Assembly (NCBI GenBank): GCA_045536155.1
Contig: JAZSMZ010000100.1
Location: 1 to 39,902, forward strand
Direction: 5' to 3'
DNA length: 39,902 bases
Origin: Eubacteriales bacterium
GTDB lineage: Bacteria; Bacillota; Clostridia; Oscillospirales; CAG-272
Position numbers and translations under genes: made by a program. This document shows, in pieces, positions 6,959 to 15,496 of this stretch; positions within the stretch are counted from its first letter, which is position 1; every line of letters starts with the position of its first letter. Under the pieces are notes generated by a model, which saw only the letters and a list, made by a program, of their open reading frames with translations, was not told where the DNA came from and ran no database searches.

Positions 6959-8698
6959 ATGAAAAAACTGATTGAATTACTGAAACCCTATCGTAAAAAG
7001 CTTGCGGGAGTTGCCTTGATCGACGGAATAGGCATGATCTGCTCGCTTTTAATGCCCTTCGTTATGAGCGAGATCGTCGAAAAAGGCATCTCGGAGCAGA
7101 ATATACACCTTGTGTGGCAATACGCAATAATAATGGTATTTTTGGCAATCGTATCGGTTTCATCAAACGTTGTTAGCGCAAAGCTCAACACCGCTGTTTC
7201 TGCGGGCTATTCATCCGATCTCTGCCGCATAACCTTTGAAAAAATCAATTCCCTTTCCTACACGAATTACACGAAAATCGGCCCCTCTGGACTTTTGACG
7301 AGAGCTACCGATGATATTTGGCACGTCGAGGGCACTGTCACAAGCCTGCCTTACACCCTTTTTACCGTGCCCGTTATGTTTGTCGGGTCGGCAGTTTTGG
7401 CTTTTTTAGCAGATCCCGTTTTGTCGGCTGTATTTATGCTGTCGATCCCTCCGATTCTTATTTTGGTACTTGTTCTTATGCGCCCTCTTTATGATATGTG
7501 GGATAAATCGGACAAGTACGTTGATATGCAGAATAAAATCGTCAGAGAACGACTGTCGGGGCTCCGTGTGGTAAGAGCCTTCAACAACGAGGATCGCGAG
7601 CACGGCAGAGCGAAATTCGCAACCGAGGAAATGGCAAAGTATATGATACGCGCAAACACACGCGGAGGAATGGTGGATCCCTTTGCCATGCTGCTTTTAA
7701 ATCTTGCCACCGTTGCAGTAATATACTTTGGAGGTTTAAGAGCACAGACAGGCTCCGGAATCAGCACCGGCAGCATCATCGCCGTGCTTCAGTATATCGG
7801 CATGATATCAAACGCGCTCATCAACATCTCGTGGACCCTTGCGTGGCTGCCCAAGGTAAAGGTGTCCGCACGACGTCTCAATGAGATCCATTCAAGTCCC
7901 GATGAAGAAACGATACCCAAGGGTGAGGGCAAAAAGCCAAACGGCTTTGACATTGAAATCAAAAATCTTTCCTTTACGTATCCCGATTCTGCAAAAAATG
8001 TACTTGAAAATCTGTCCCTTACGATAAAGCAGGGCGAACATATTGCCCTCATCGGAGGTACGGGAAGCGGAAAAAGTACGCTGATAAAGCTGCTGTCGGG
8101 ACTTTTCGAACCGAGCGGAGGCAAAATAATTATAGGCGGCGCTTCTTATGGGGATATGCGGAAGGTTGACGTGCGCTCGCATTTCTCGGTAGCTTTGCAA
8201 AAAGCACAGATATTCGAAGGAAGTATACGCGATAACATCAAAATGGGAAAGCCCGATGCGACGGACGAAGAAATATACGAGGTGCTCAAGCTTTCCAAAA
8301 TGAGCGAATTCGTTGATTCTCACAATGAGGGGCTTGACTATGTTCTGGTCGGCAGCGGTCAGAACGTGAGCGGCGGTCAGCGTCAGCGGCTTAACATGGC
8401 AAGAACGGTGATCAAAGAAGCCGACGTGTACATCTTCGACGACAGCTTCAGTGCCCTGGACTTTCTTACGGAAAGCGAGATCAAAGAAAACTATGCCTCT
8501 CTCCTTCAAGGCAAAAGCAGAATCGTTGCTACCCAACGTATCAGTACGGCTATGAATGCTGACCGCATCTACGTATTGGATAAAGGACGAATAATCGGCG
8601 TCGGAACGCACACCGAGCTTCTTTCGTCTTGCCCCATATACCGTGAGATCGCCGATTCACAGCTTGGCATCGGAAAAGAGAGAGCAGATGAAGAATAA
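6959..8698 (+). CDS. ABC exporter, fused permease/ATPase, subunit 1 (degenerate site)
   Basis: 6-TM domain; Walker A GGTGSGKS; signature VSGGQRQR; Walker B YIFDDSFSALD (Asp for the catalytic Glu); ATQR switch. Confidence 0.93.
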   Translation: MKKLIELLKPYRKKLAGVALIDGIGMICSLLMPFVMSEIVEKGISEQNIHLVWQYAIIMVFLAIVSVSSNVVSAKLNTAVSAGYSSDLCRITFEKINSLSYTNYTKIGPSGLLTRATDDIWHVEGTVTSLPYTLFTVPVMFVGSAVLAFLADPVLSAVFMLSIPPILILVLVLMRPLYDMWDKSDKYVDMQNKIVRERLSGLRVVRAFNNEDREHGRAKFATEEMAKYMIRANTRGGMVDPFAMLLLNLATVAVIYFGGLRAQTGSGISTGSIIAVLQYIGMISNALINISWTLAWLPKVKVSARRLNEIHSSPDEETIPKGEGKKPNGFDIEIKNLSFTYPDSAKNVLENLSLTIKQGEHIALIGGTGSGKSTLIKLLSGLFEPSGGKIIIGGASYGDMRKVDVRSHFSVALQKAQIFEGSIRDNIKMGKPDATDEEIYEVLKLSKMSEFVDSHNEGLDYVLVGSGQNVSGGQRQRLNMARTVIKEADVYIFDDSFSALDFLTESEIKENYASLLQGKSRIVATQRISTAMNADRIYVLDKGRIIGVGTHTELLSSCPIYREIADSQLGIGKERADEE

Positions 8699-10472
8699 TA
8701 CCCAAACAAAAGAGCTGGGCTCTGCCGGAGTAATTTTGCGCATAATGAAAGATGCGCTCGGGATCATTCATTGGATTCTTCTTGCCACCGTGCTCAGCAT
8801 AGCTTCTGCATATCTTTCCATGAAAGCGCCCGAAATTCTCGGTGATCTGACAAATCAAATATACGACTTGTTGGATATTGGCGTTTCTATTGATACCTCA
8901 CTTTTCAATAACCGCATTATAATACTCGCCGCCGTTTATCTCTTATCCGCTCTTCTCGGGGCATTGACAAAAGCTGTCATGAACTATTCCGTGAGCAGCT
9001 TTTTCACCTGCAAAATAAGAGTAAAAATGAGTGAGAAAATCGCAAGGATCCCGATAAAAGCAGTTGACAGCACGCCGAACGGTGAATTTATTTCAAGAAT
9101 GACCAACGATGTTTCCATCATGGGTGGATCAATACACGACATATTTGGAGTTATTATCAACGGCGTTATTCAGCTTGTAATGATCTCTATAATCATTTTT
9201 ACAGAAGAACCCATTATGGCTCTTGCGGTAATCGTTTTCGTGCCGATCTCGCTTACTCTTTCTGCAATTCTTGCATCGAAAAGTGAGAAGCACTTTAACG
9301 ATTCTCGTACACAGGCGGGAAAGCTATACAGCATTTGCGAGGAAAATTTAGCCTGCTTTGACGCTGTTAAGATCTTCTCCGTCGAAAAGTCGCAGAATGA
9401 AAAATACAGAGAGGTTACGAAAAAATACGCCGACCATTCCGCAAAAGGATACTTTATTTCGGGGCTTGTAAGCCCTATCGTCGGACTTATCAACAACCTT
9501 TCTTATGTGGCTATTTGCGTGATAGGCGCGTATCTCGTCATAAACGGACGTGTCAACGTCGGTGCGCTTGTAGCGTTTATTATGTATACCAAGCTGTTTT
9601 CCGGACCGCTTGAGTCTATTGCAAACGGAATGTCTATGATACAATCGACTATCGCATCTGCGAGAAGAGTTTACGAATATCTTGACGGAGAGGAAATGGA
9701 CGAGATCGAACCCAAAGGAAACGTAACGGTCAGCGGTGCTGTTGATTTTCTGGACGTTTGTTTTTCATATACGGAAGACAAACCGCTTATCGAAAATCTT
9801 AATCTCCACGTCCGCCCCGGAGAGAAAGTGGCAATAGTCGGGCCCACGGGCGGCGGAAAGACAACTATCGTTAACATATTGATGCGTTTTTACGATGCTA
9901 AATCGGGAAAAGTGCTTGTTGACGGTAAGGATATAACCGCTATGAGCCGTACCGATGTAAGAGAAATGTTCGGTATGGTATTGCAGGATACAATGCTGTT
10001 TTCGGGAACCGTATACGATAATATCGCCTACGGAAAAGAGGGCGCAACGGCGGACGAGGTTATGGATGCCGCTAAAAAAGCTCACATTGATAGCTTTATC
10101 GATGCTCTCCCAAAAGGCTATGAAACCGAAATAAACGAGGACAGCACGAATATAAGTGCAGGACAAAAGCAGCTTCTGACCATTGCAAGAGCATATCTTT
10201 CAGATAGACCTATCCTTATTCTTGACGAAGCAACGAGTAACGTCGATACACGTACAGAGCTTTTGATACAGCAGACAATGGATGAGCTTATGAAGGGACG
10301 CACCGCTTTTGTAATCGCACATAGACTTTCCACTATTGAAAATGCAGATATTATCTTGGTCGTGGATAATGGTCATATCGTTGAGCAAGGAAAGCACGCC
10401 GAGCTGCTCAAACAAAACGGATTGTATTCAAAGATCTATAACAGCCAATATCCCAAGCTGCAAAGGACATGA
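8688..10472 (+). CDS. ABC exporter, fused permease/ATPase, subunit 2 (consensus site)
   Basis: GPTGGGKT, ISAGQKQ, ILILDEATSNVD, IAHRLST; TM287/288- or BmrCD-like heterodimer pattern. Confidence 0.93.
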   Translation: MKNNTQTKELGSAGVILRIMKDALGIIHWILLATVLSIASAYLSMKAPEILGDLTNQIYDLLDIGVSIDTSLFNNRIIILAAVYLLSALLGALTKAVMNYSVSSFFTCKIRVKMSEKIARIPIKAVDSTPNGEFISRMTNDVSIMGGSIHDIFGVIINGVIQLVMISIIIFTEEPIMALAVIVFVPISLTLSAILASKSEKHFNDSRTQAGKLYSICEENLACFDAVKIFSVEKSQNEKYREVTKKYADHSAKGYFISGLVSPIVGLINNLSYVAICVIGAYLVINGRVNVGALVAFIMYTKLFSGPLESIANGMSMIQSTIASARRVYEYLDGEEMDEIEPKGNVTVSGAVDFLDVCFSYTEDKPLIENLNLHVRPGEKVAIVGPTGGGKTTIVNILMRFYDAKSGKVLVDGKDITAMSRTDVREMFGMVLQDTMLFSGTVYDNIAYGKEGATADEVMDAAKKAHIDSFIDALPKGYETEINEDSTNISAGQKQLLTIARAYLSDRPILILDEATSNVDTRTELLIQQTMDELMKGRTAFVIAHRLSTIENADIILVVDNGHIVEQGKHAELLKQNGLYSKIYNSQYPKLQRT

Positions 10473-10483
10473 TGCATCCTACG

Positions 10484-10520
10484 CAAAAGCCGCGTACGCA
10501 AAAAGCGGGCGCGGCTTTTG
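10484..10520 (+). terminator. Rho-independent terminator
   Basis: AAAAGCCGCG...CGCGGCTTTT. Confidence 0.7.
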
Positions 10521-10657
10521 TATAATATACACCACTATATCCGTCGTTTTGCACATATACCGTGACTTTATACACAATTCGGTAATCTAATTTGCTTGAT
10601 TTTCAAGGCAAAATAAGATATAATATGTAGTAATATTTTTCAAAATGGGAACCTGTC

Positions 10658-11224
10658 ATGTCTAATTTAATCAATATACACGACTTCTTTTCGCTTCAGG
10701 TGAAAAGAAACGAGCAATATACCGCCGAGCTGATCTCGTTAAACGAACATACGGCCGAATACGGACTTATACTGTCAAAAGCGGATGCCGCCGAACTTAT
10801 CGACACACGTGCAAAAGCGTTGCGCGAAAACGGGCGCATAGAGACGGGTCTTGGGGCGCTATCGATGATAATCAAGGTCTTTTCCGTTTCGGAGTATATA
10901 AATCAGCAGAATTTCGCGCAAACGGTACACGAGCTTCTCGAGCTGTTTTACTACCTCAAAACGGAAAGCCGCGACCGCATCGGCGACCGCGAGCTGATCG
11001 AGATACTGTTTGACAAATTCGAAAACGAATGTCACGGATCTCTTGACCTTATGCCCGCCGACGAAATCCCTCTGCCGGGGATCGACCGCATGGGCAAAAA
11101 ATCGCAAAGAAGAGACACCACGTCAGACGACGAAATGCACGATCAAAGCAACAATGCATGGGACGAAGATAATTCGTCCGATGACGACGATTATTATTTG
11201 TGGGACTCAAAAAATGGCCAATAA
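10658..11224 (+). CDS. Conserved hypothetical protein (DUF6323-like)
   Basis: NEHTAEYGLILS...ALRENGRIE...FYYLKTE...FENECHGS resembles the clostridial DUF6323 family (from memory); acidic tail. Confidence 0.65.
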   Translation: MSNLINIHDFFSLQVKRNEQYTAELISLNEHTAEYGLILSKADAAELIDTRAKALRENGRIETGLGALSMIIKVFSVSEYINQQNFAQTVHELLELFYYLKTESRDRIGDRELIEILFDKFENECHGSLDLMPADEIPLPGIDRMGKKSQRRDTTSDDEMHDQSNNAWDEDNSSDDDDYYLWDSKNGQ

Positions 11225-12185
11225 TGAAATCTTGTCGTTCAGACAGACCGCACTAGAAAAAGCCAATATAAAATATAACGACTACACCCGTTCGCTCATT
11301 GCCGAGCTCGAACGGCTGGAGCTTATCACTCCCGCCGAAAGCGCATGCGTGCGCGCAAGCATCATGGACGCGCTGGGCGAGATAATCAACATCTGGACCG
11401 ACGGCGAGAGCAGCTCGATAATGACCGATACCGCGCACACGCTTATGCTTTCACTGCTATTCAATATCGATGCCTATCTCATCGGGCTCAACGATATTGA
11501 GCGCGCTGTTGACGAGCTTTTGACAAAGAGCGCAATGGAGCTCTATTTCAGCGGTCAAAGACGGTTAAAGCTTCACCTTTGCGAAGCGACCGGTCTGCTC
11601 GTCAAGGTAAAACACACGCGGCTGCATCTGCCCAACGTCTATTACAACCGCACAATAGAACATTCGCTTATCATGTCGCTCAAAAAGTACGATATACGCT
11701 TCGGCGCTCACCTTTCGAACAGCGATATCGACTATCCGCTTGCCGTAAACTCGAACTCTCTTCGCGGAATCCACTTTATACGCGGATATCTGCTCTCATT
11801 GGTCGCAGAAAACTCATTTTGCCGCGAGTATTCTCCCGATGAGGTCGCATATCTGTACAAGACCTTCTGCGACAATCACAGATACCCATACAGCGAGCCG
11901 CGCGTAAATATTTATCTGCTTGTCTTTGTCAATGCGCTGTTTTGCGACTATCTTCGCAAGGAGCCCGGATCGCTCATGCTCAGCGAGGACGAATGCGACA
12001 TCTGCGAGGAGCTGCTCGGATCGCTTGACGAAGAGGACCGCAAAAATCTGATCTGCAATACCGCATCAAAAATGCTTGGCGGAAATCAGGCGTATAATGT
12101 CAAAACGGCATCGAAGATCGTCGGCGAGATCAACAACGCCATAAAGAACCGCAAGCTCAAAAACTACGTTGTGTGTGAGCTGTAA
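11214..12185 (+). CDS. Conserved hypothetical protein (DUF6179-like)
   Basis: TDGESSSI...IDYPL...GIHFIRGYLLSLVAENSFC; paired with the DUF6323-like gene; ATG 11214 overlaps the upstream gene's end. Confidence 0.65.
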   Translation: MANNEILSFRQTALEKANIKYNDYTRSLIAELERLELITPAESACVRASIMDALGEIINIWTDGESSSIMTDTAHTLMLSLLFNIDAYLIGLNDIERAVDELLTKSAMELYFSGQRRLKLHLCEATGLLVKVKHTRLHLPNVYYNRTIEHSLIMSLKKYDIRFGAHLSNSDIDYPLAVNSNSLRGIHFIRGYLLSLVAENSFCREYSPDEVAYLYKTFCDNHRYPYSEPRVNIYLLVFVNALFCDYLRKEPGSLMLSEDECDICEELLGSLDEEDRKNLICNTASKMLGGNQAYNVKTASKIVGEINNAIKNRKLKNYVVCEL

Positions 12186-12262
12186 TGCGGTAATTTCAGC
12201 GTGACTATTTGACGGCAATATATAAAAATATTGATAAATGGCAAAATTATTTAAAAATCATC

Positions 12263-12291
12263 TTGACAATAAATTGATATCGTGGTATAAT
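12263..12291 (+). promoter_or_regulatory. Sigma-A promoter of tRNA-Ser
   Basis: Perfect TTGACA-17 nt-TATAAT. Confidence 0.8.
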
Positions 12292-12313
12292 ACCATCTGT
12301 TGAGCCGCCATAC

Positions 12314-12405
12314 GGAGAGATGGCTGAGCTGGTCTAAGGCGCACGACTGGAAATCGTGTGTCGGCTAATACCCGACCGAGGGTTCGAATCCCTCTCTCTC
12401 CGCCA
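12314..12405 (+). tRNA. tRNA-Ser (anticodon GGA)
   Basis: Acceptor GGAGAGA/TCTCTCC-GCCA; anticodon arm CACGA-CTGGAAA-TCGTG; long variable arm; T-loop GGTTCGAATCC. Confidence 0.96.
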
Positions 12406-12407
12406 AC

Positions 12408-12447
12408 AAAAAACGCACTTTTGTCTACCGACAAAGGTGCGTTTTTT
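12408..12447 (+). terminator. tRNA terminator hairpin
   Basis: AAAAAACGCACTTTTGTC-tacc-GACAAAGGTGCGTTTTTT. Confidence 0.75.
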
Positions 12448-12449
12448 GA

Positions 12450-12620
12450 ATGATGTTTGCCTACGGCAAATGATGTTGGCTCTGCCAATGATGTTCGCTT
12501 CGCGAATGATGTGTGGCTTCGCCACATTTTGAGGCAAACATCACATCATTGCGGAACGCAGTGGAGCAACATCATATTTGCAAAGCAAATGCATCATATC
12601 GCCGTAAGGCGATGCATCAT
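12450..12620. repeat. Hairpin-punctuated 7-mer ladder: 4x ATGATGT then 4x RCATCAT
   Basis: ATGATGT at 12450, 12470, 12488, 12506; (A/G)CATCAT at 12543, 12569, 12591, 12614; short GC hairpins between copies. Confidence 0.85.
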
Positions 12621-12649
12621 TTGACAAACAACCTATTTTATGGTATAAT
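12621..12649 (+). promoter_or_regulatory. Sigma-A promoter of the four-helix-bundle gene
   Basis: TTGACA-17 nt-TATAAT with TG extension, abutting the last CATCAT. Confidence 0.8.
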
Positions 12650-12671
12650 AGCGGTGATAGGAGGTGTAGCT

Positions 12672-13025
12672 ATGAAAGAAAACAAACTCGTTGAGCTTTC
12701 AATGGAATTTTCCGTTGACATTATAAATCTCGTTAAATTTCTAAAATCAAATCACGAAACTATTATCGCTAACCAAATCGGCAGAAGCGGCACCTCAATT
12801 GGCGCAAACATTCATGAAGCGCAGTATGCACAAGGAACAAAAGACTTTATCTCCAAATTTGAAATTGCTCTCAAAGAAGCAAGTGAAACGGGATATTGGC
12901 TTGAATTGCTTTATAGAACCAAGTATATTGATGAGCAGAATTTCAAAGCGTTATCCTCTAAGTGTACTTCTTTGAGAGTTATGTTAATCGCATCTTGTAA
13001 AACCGCAAAGGAGAACGTAAAATGA
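12672..13025 (+). CDS. Four helix bundle protein (TIGR02436 / 23S rRNA IVS-like, Avd-like fold)
   Basis: QIGRSGTSIGANIHEAQYAQGTKDFISKFEIALKEASETGYWLELL; RBS AGGAGGT. Confidence 0.9.
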   Translation: MKENKLVELSMEFSVDIINLVKFLKSNHETIIANQIGRSGTSIGANIHEAQYAQGTKDFISKFEIALKEASETGYWLELLYRTKYIDEQNFKALSSKCTSLRVMLIASCKTAKENVK

Positions 13026-13339
13026 AAAAGCTTGATAAAAATCAAAAAATCGGTATAATTGCGTTAGCAATATTTGTGATTTTTCTAATTGGTTTTTCTG
13101 CGCTAAGCAGTCTTGTTCAAAGTGGTTCCATCCCCGATTTTACTGCTAGCCAACGCGTACAAGGATTATTGGCTTTCGTAATGTTTTGTCCCCTTTGTAT
13201 TGCTATGTTTTTTCTTGGAAAGCATTTCAAATCCAAAAACAGTAAAATAGGCAGTAATTTACTCTTTGTTTCTGTAGCATTGTTTATATTCGGTATTATT
13301 CAAGCGCTATTGTCATTGTTAGGTGCATATGGATCATAA
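13022..13339 (+). CDS. Small 3-TM membrane protein
   Basis: Three hydrophobic segments; RBS AAGGAG; AT-rich. Confidence 0.7.
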   Translation: MKKLDKNQKIGIIALAIFVIFLIGFSALSSLVQSGSIPDFTASQRVQGLLAFVMFCPLCIAMFFLGKHFKSKNSKIGSNLLFVSVALFIFGIIQALLSLLGAYGS

Positions 13340-13450
13340 AATTACGCACCTTTTTTGCGTTTTTACCCCTGTTTACGCACCGCTTGCGCATTTAAGCCAA
13401 CGAAAAGGACACCATACGGTGTCCTTTTTTCGTTGGTGTAGAATTTTTAT

Positions 13451-13584
13451 AGGGATTCGAACAGGAGCGGTAGTGAATGACGTGCCGGTGGCACGTCAGA
13501 GCCGCGACTGACCGAGGAGCGTAGCAAAGCCGTATCGCAGGCGGCTTTCGGTGTCGCGACGAGACCGAATCCCTCTCTGAGCCA
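13451..13584. repeat. GC-rich multi-stem element ending in a tRNA-3'-end mimic
   Basis: AGGGATTCG (13451) pairs with CGAATCCCT (13566); inner hairpin TGACGTGCC-ggt-GGCACGTCA; terminus CGAATCCCTCTCT..GCCA matches tRNA-Ser 12385-12405. Confidence 0.7.
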
Positions 13585-13672
13585 AACATAAACCGCAATT
13601 CTAATACAAAGGGATTGCGTTTTTTGTAATTATATGGTATAATATACTTATCAAACGAAAGGAGCCTCCACT

Positions 13673-14098
13673 ATGAAATTTTCAGAACTCGATACCGCCG
13701 TACAAGAAAGCATAATTGATTTGCTGAACAATCATATTGCATCCAGCGCTGATATTTTGAAGCAAGACCGATGTTTGATTCCTATGCTTATGATTCCCGA
13801 CTCACATCAGCTTGTCAGCCTGCAATCAAGAGATGGCTCTGTCGATGTTGATAGGGCGTACGCTGCTGTCGTTGGAAAATTGAAAAACGAGGCTTTCACA
13901 TATGCTTTGTTTTCTTATAGCACACGAATTGGATTGGTGGCAGGCAGCGAAACGGATGCTTTGAAAACTTATATTTTTACACAAAATGGAATAGAGGTCT
14001 CCTTTTATACGCCTTTTACGGTCGAAGGGCTTTTCAAAAAAACGATCAATGTTGAAAAGTCGATTTTGGCAGAAATAAAAGAACATATTTTTGATTGA
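13673..14098 (+). CDS. Hypothetical protein (141 aa)
   Basis: RBS GAAAGGAG; extended -10 TGGTATAAT upstream. Confidence 0.75.
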   Translation: MKFSELDTAVQESIIDLLNNHIASSADILKQDRCLIPMLMIPDSHQLVSLQSRDGSVDVDRAYAAVVGKLKNEAFTYALFSYSTRIGLVAGSETDALKTYIFTQNGIEVSFYTPFTVEGLFKKTINVEKSILAEIKEHIFD

Positions 14099-14297
14099 AC
14101 CTTGTATCAAAATTACAGTCATTAGCCAACGAAAAGGACTCCTTTTGACAAAATTGTTCAGAAATATTATGGCATTGATATTTGTTATTATAAAGTAGTA
14201 GGCTATAACAGAATAAGGGACGAATATTTTAGTGTGTTTTCAGTGATTACTATAAAGAGCACTTAAGGTCGTACAGCCAACGAAAAGGAGAAACCGC

Positions 14298-14822
14298 ATG
14301 ACAGCAAAAATCACAAACCGCCTTATAGCTATAGTTACCCTTTCCCTTTTAGCGTTAAACATTCTCGCGGTAATTATATTTTCCGATAGCATAAGTATAA
14401 CTGCACATGATTTGTGCCCTGCAATATTTTTTGTAATACATGTTATAATTATTATATTAGCCTTTCACTATGAACACGAGCCAAATAAATTGCTCGTATT
14501 TTTACTTGATTTTGTTTTTTTTCATAGTACACGTGCCTTCTTTCCTAAAAGCAAAAATGAAATTTACAACAAAAAAACCTTTCGTCTGGCACTTCTTATA
14601 CACTGCGTATTGTTGCCATTTTACCTACCTGTCGCATTTTTCTCATTTGAACTGCAATGCCTTATTCCTACGGTAATACTCCATTTGTTGCCTGCAATTT
14701 TATTCATTATACAAACTCTCGCGCACACATTGTATTCGATGCATAAAATCAAGCAAAATGATACCATGGAAAAAGAGCGCCTCGAGCAGGAGCGCCGCGA
14801 AGAGCTCGGCAAGTGGAAATAA
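14298..14822 (+). CDS. Multi-pass membrane hypothetical protein
   Basis: About 4 hydrophobic segments, charged C-terminal tail; RBS supplied by the third 15-mer copy. Confidence 0.7.
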   Translation: MTAKITNRLIAIVTLSLLALNILAVIIFSDSISITAHDLCPAIFFVIHVIIIILAFHYEHEPNKLLVFLLDFVFFHSTRAFFPKSKNEIYNKKTFRLALLIHCVLLPFYLPVAFFSFELQCLIPTVILHLLPAILFIIQTLAHTLYSMHKIKQNDTMEKERLEQERREELGKWK

Positions 14823-14965
14823 AATCGCTATTACATACCGCGCATCCCAAAGCATTTGGGGTGCATTTCTTTTATTAATTAAAAAATACGGTTTGACACG
14901 TTCACAAAAATATGTTATACTGAATAGCGGTTTTACGAAAACACAATCCACACGGAGAAAAACAA

Positions 14966-15457
14966 ATGGATGCAATCGCTGTCTGGTTCGGCGAAACGCT
15001 TGGACAATATATATCGGCGGAGCTGGTGACCTTTTTGGTGTCGCTTCTCCCCTTGCTTGAATGCCGAGGCGGAATAATCGTCGGCCGACTTTTGGGGCTG
15101 CCCCTTGTCGAAACGGTTATTATCTCGATAATCGGCAACGTGCTTCCCATCCCCTTCATTCTGCTTTTTATAAAGAAAATATTCAAATGGCTAAAGCCCA
15201 CGAAGTTCTTCGGCGGCATTGTCACAAAGCTTGAAGAGCGTGCGATGCAAAAGAGCTCGAAGCTTGCCGAGGGCGAAATTTTGGGGCTTATGCTCTTTGT
15301 CGGAATCCCCCTGCCCGGTACCGGCGCATGGACGGGCGCACTCATCGCTTCTCTGCTCGGTCTTCGCATAAAAAAAGCGTCGATTGCCATTCTTGTCGGC
15401 GTTGCGATGGCAACCGTTATAGTTAGCTTGCTGATGTACGGAGTATTGGCTTTTTAA
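14966..15457 (+). CDS. Small multi-drug export family membrane protein (COG2426)
   Basis: SLLPLLECRGGI...GNVLPIPFI...LFVGIPLPGTGAWTG. Confidence 0.85.
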   Translation: MDAIAVWFGETLGQYISAELVTFLVSLLPLLECRGGIIVGRLLGLPLVETVIISIIGNVLPIPFILLFIKKIFKWLKPTKFFGGIVTKLEERAMQKSSKLAEGEILGLMLFVGIPLPGTGAWTGALIASLLGLRIKKASIAILVGVAMATVIVSLLMYGVLAF

Positions 15458-15459
15458 AA

Positions 15460-15493
15460 AAATAACGGACACCGTTTTCGGTGTCCGTTTTTT
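15460..15493. terminator. Bidirectional terminator
   Basis: AACGGACACCG-tttt-CGGTGTCCGTT between convergent genes. Confidence 0.75.
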
Positions 15494-15496
15494 CGT

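Larger units (their letters stand above)
13395..14289 (+). repeat. Dispersed 15-mer AGCCAACGAAAAGGA (3 copies)
   Basis: Exact copies at 13395-13409, 14124-14138 and 14275-14289; the first is the left arm of hairpin 13397-13436. Confidence 0.8.

Noticed and set aside
12450-12620. CRISPR array
   Set aside because: Repeats are only 7 nt, spacers are 11-19-nt hairpins, orientation flips midway, and there are no cas genes.
12513-12671. N-terminal extension of the four-helix-bundle ORF and antisense ORFs 12258-12537
   Set aside because: They run through the tRNA, the repeat ladder and the promoter; the RBS and family similarity support ATG 12672.
12672-13025. Diversity-generating retroelement (because of the Avd-like fold)
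   Set aside because: No reverse transcriptase and no TR/VR pair with adenine-specific mismatches seen in the window.
13451-13584. Second tRNA gene or classical prophage attR
   Set aside because: No cloverleaf or anticodon arm; only 13 nt plus GCCA match the tRNA and no integrase is present. Kept as a repeat instead.
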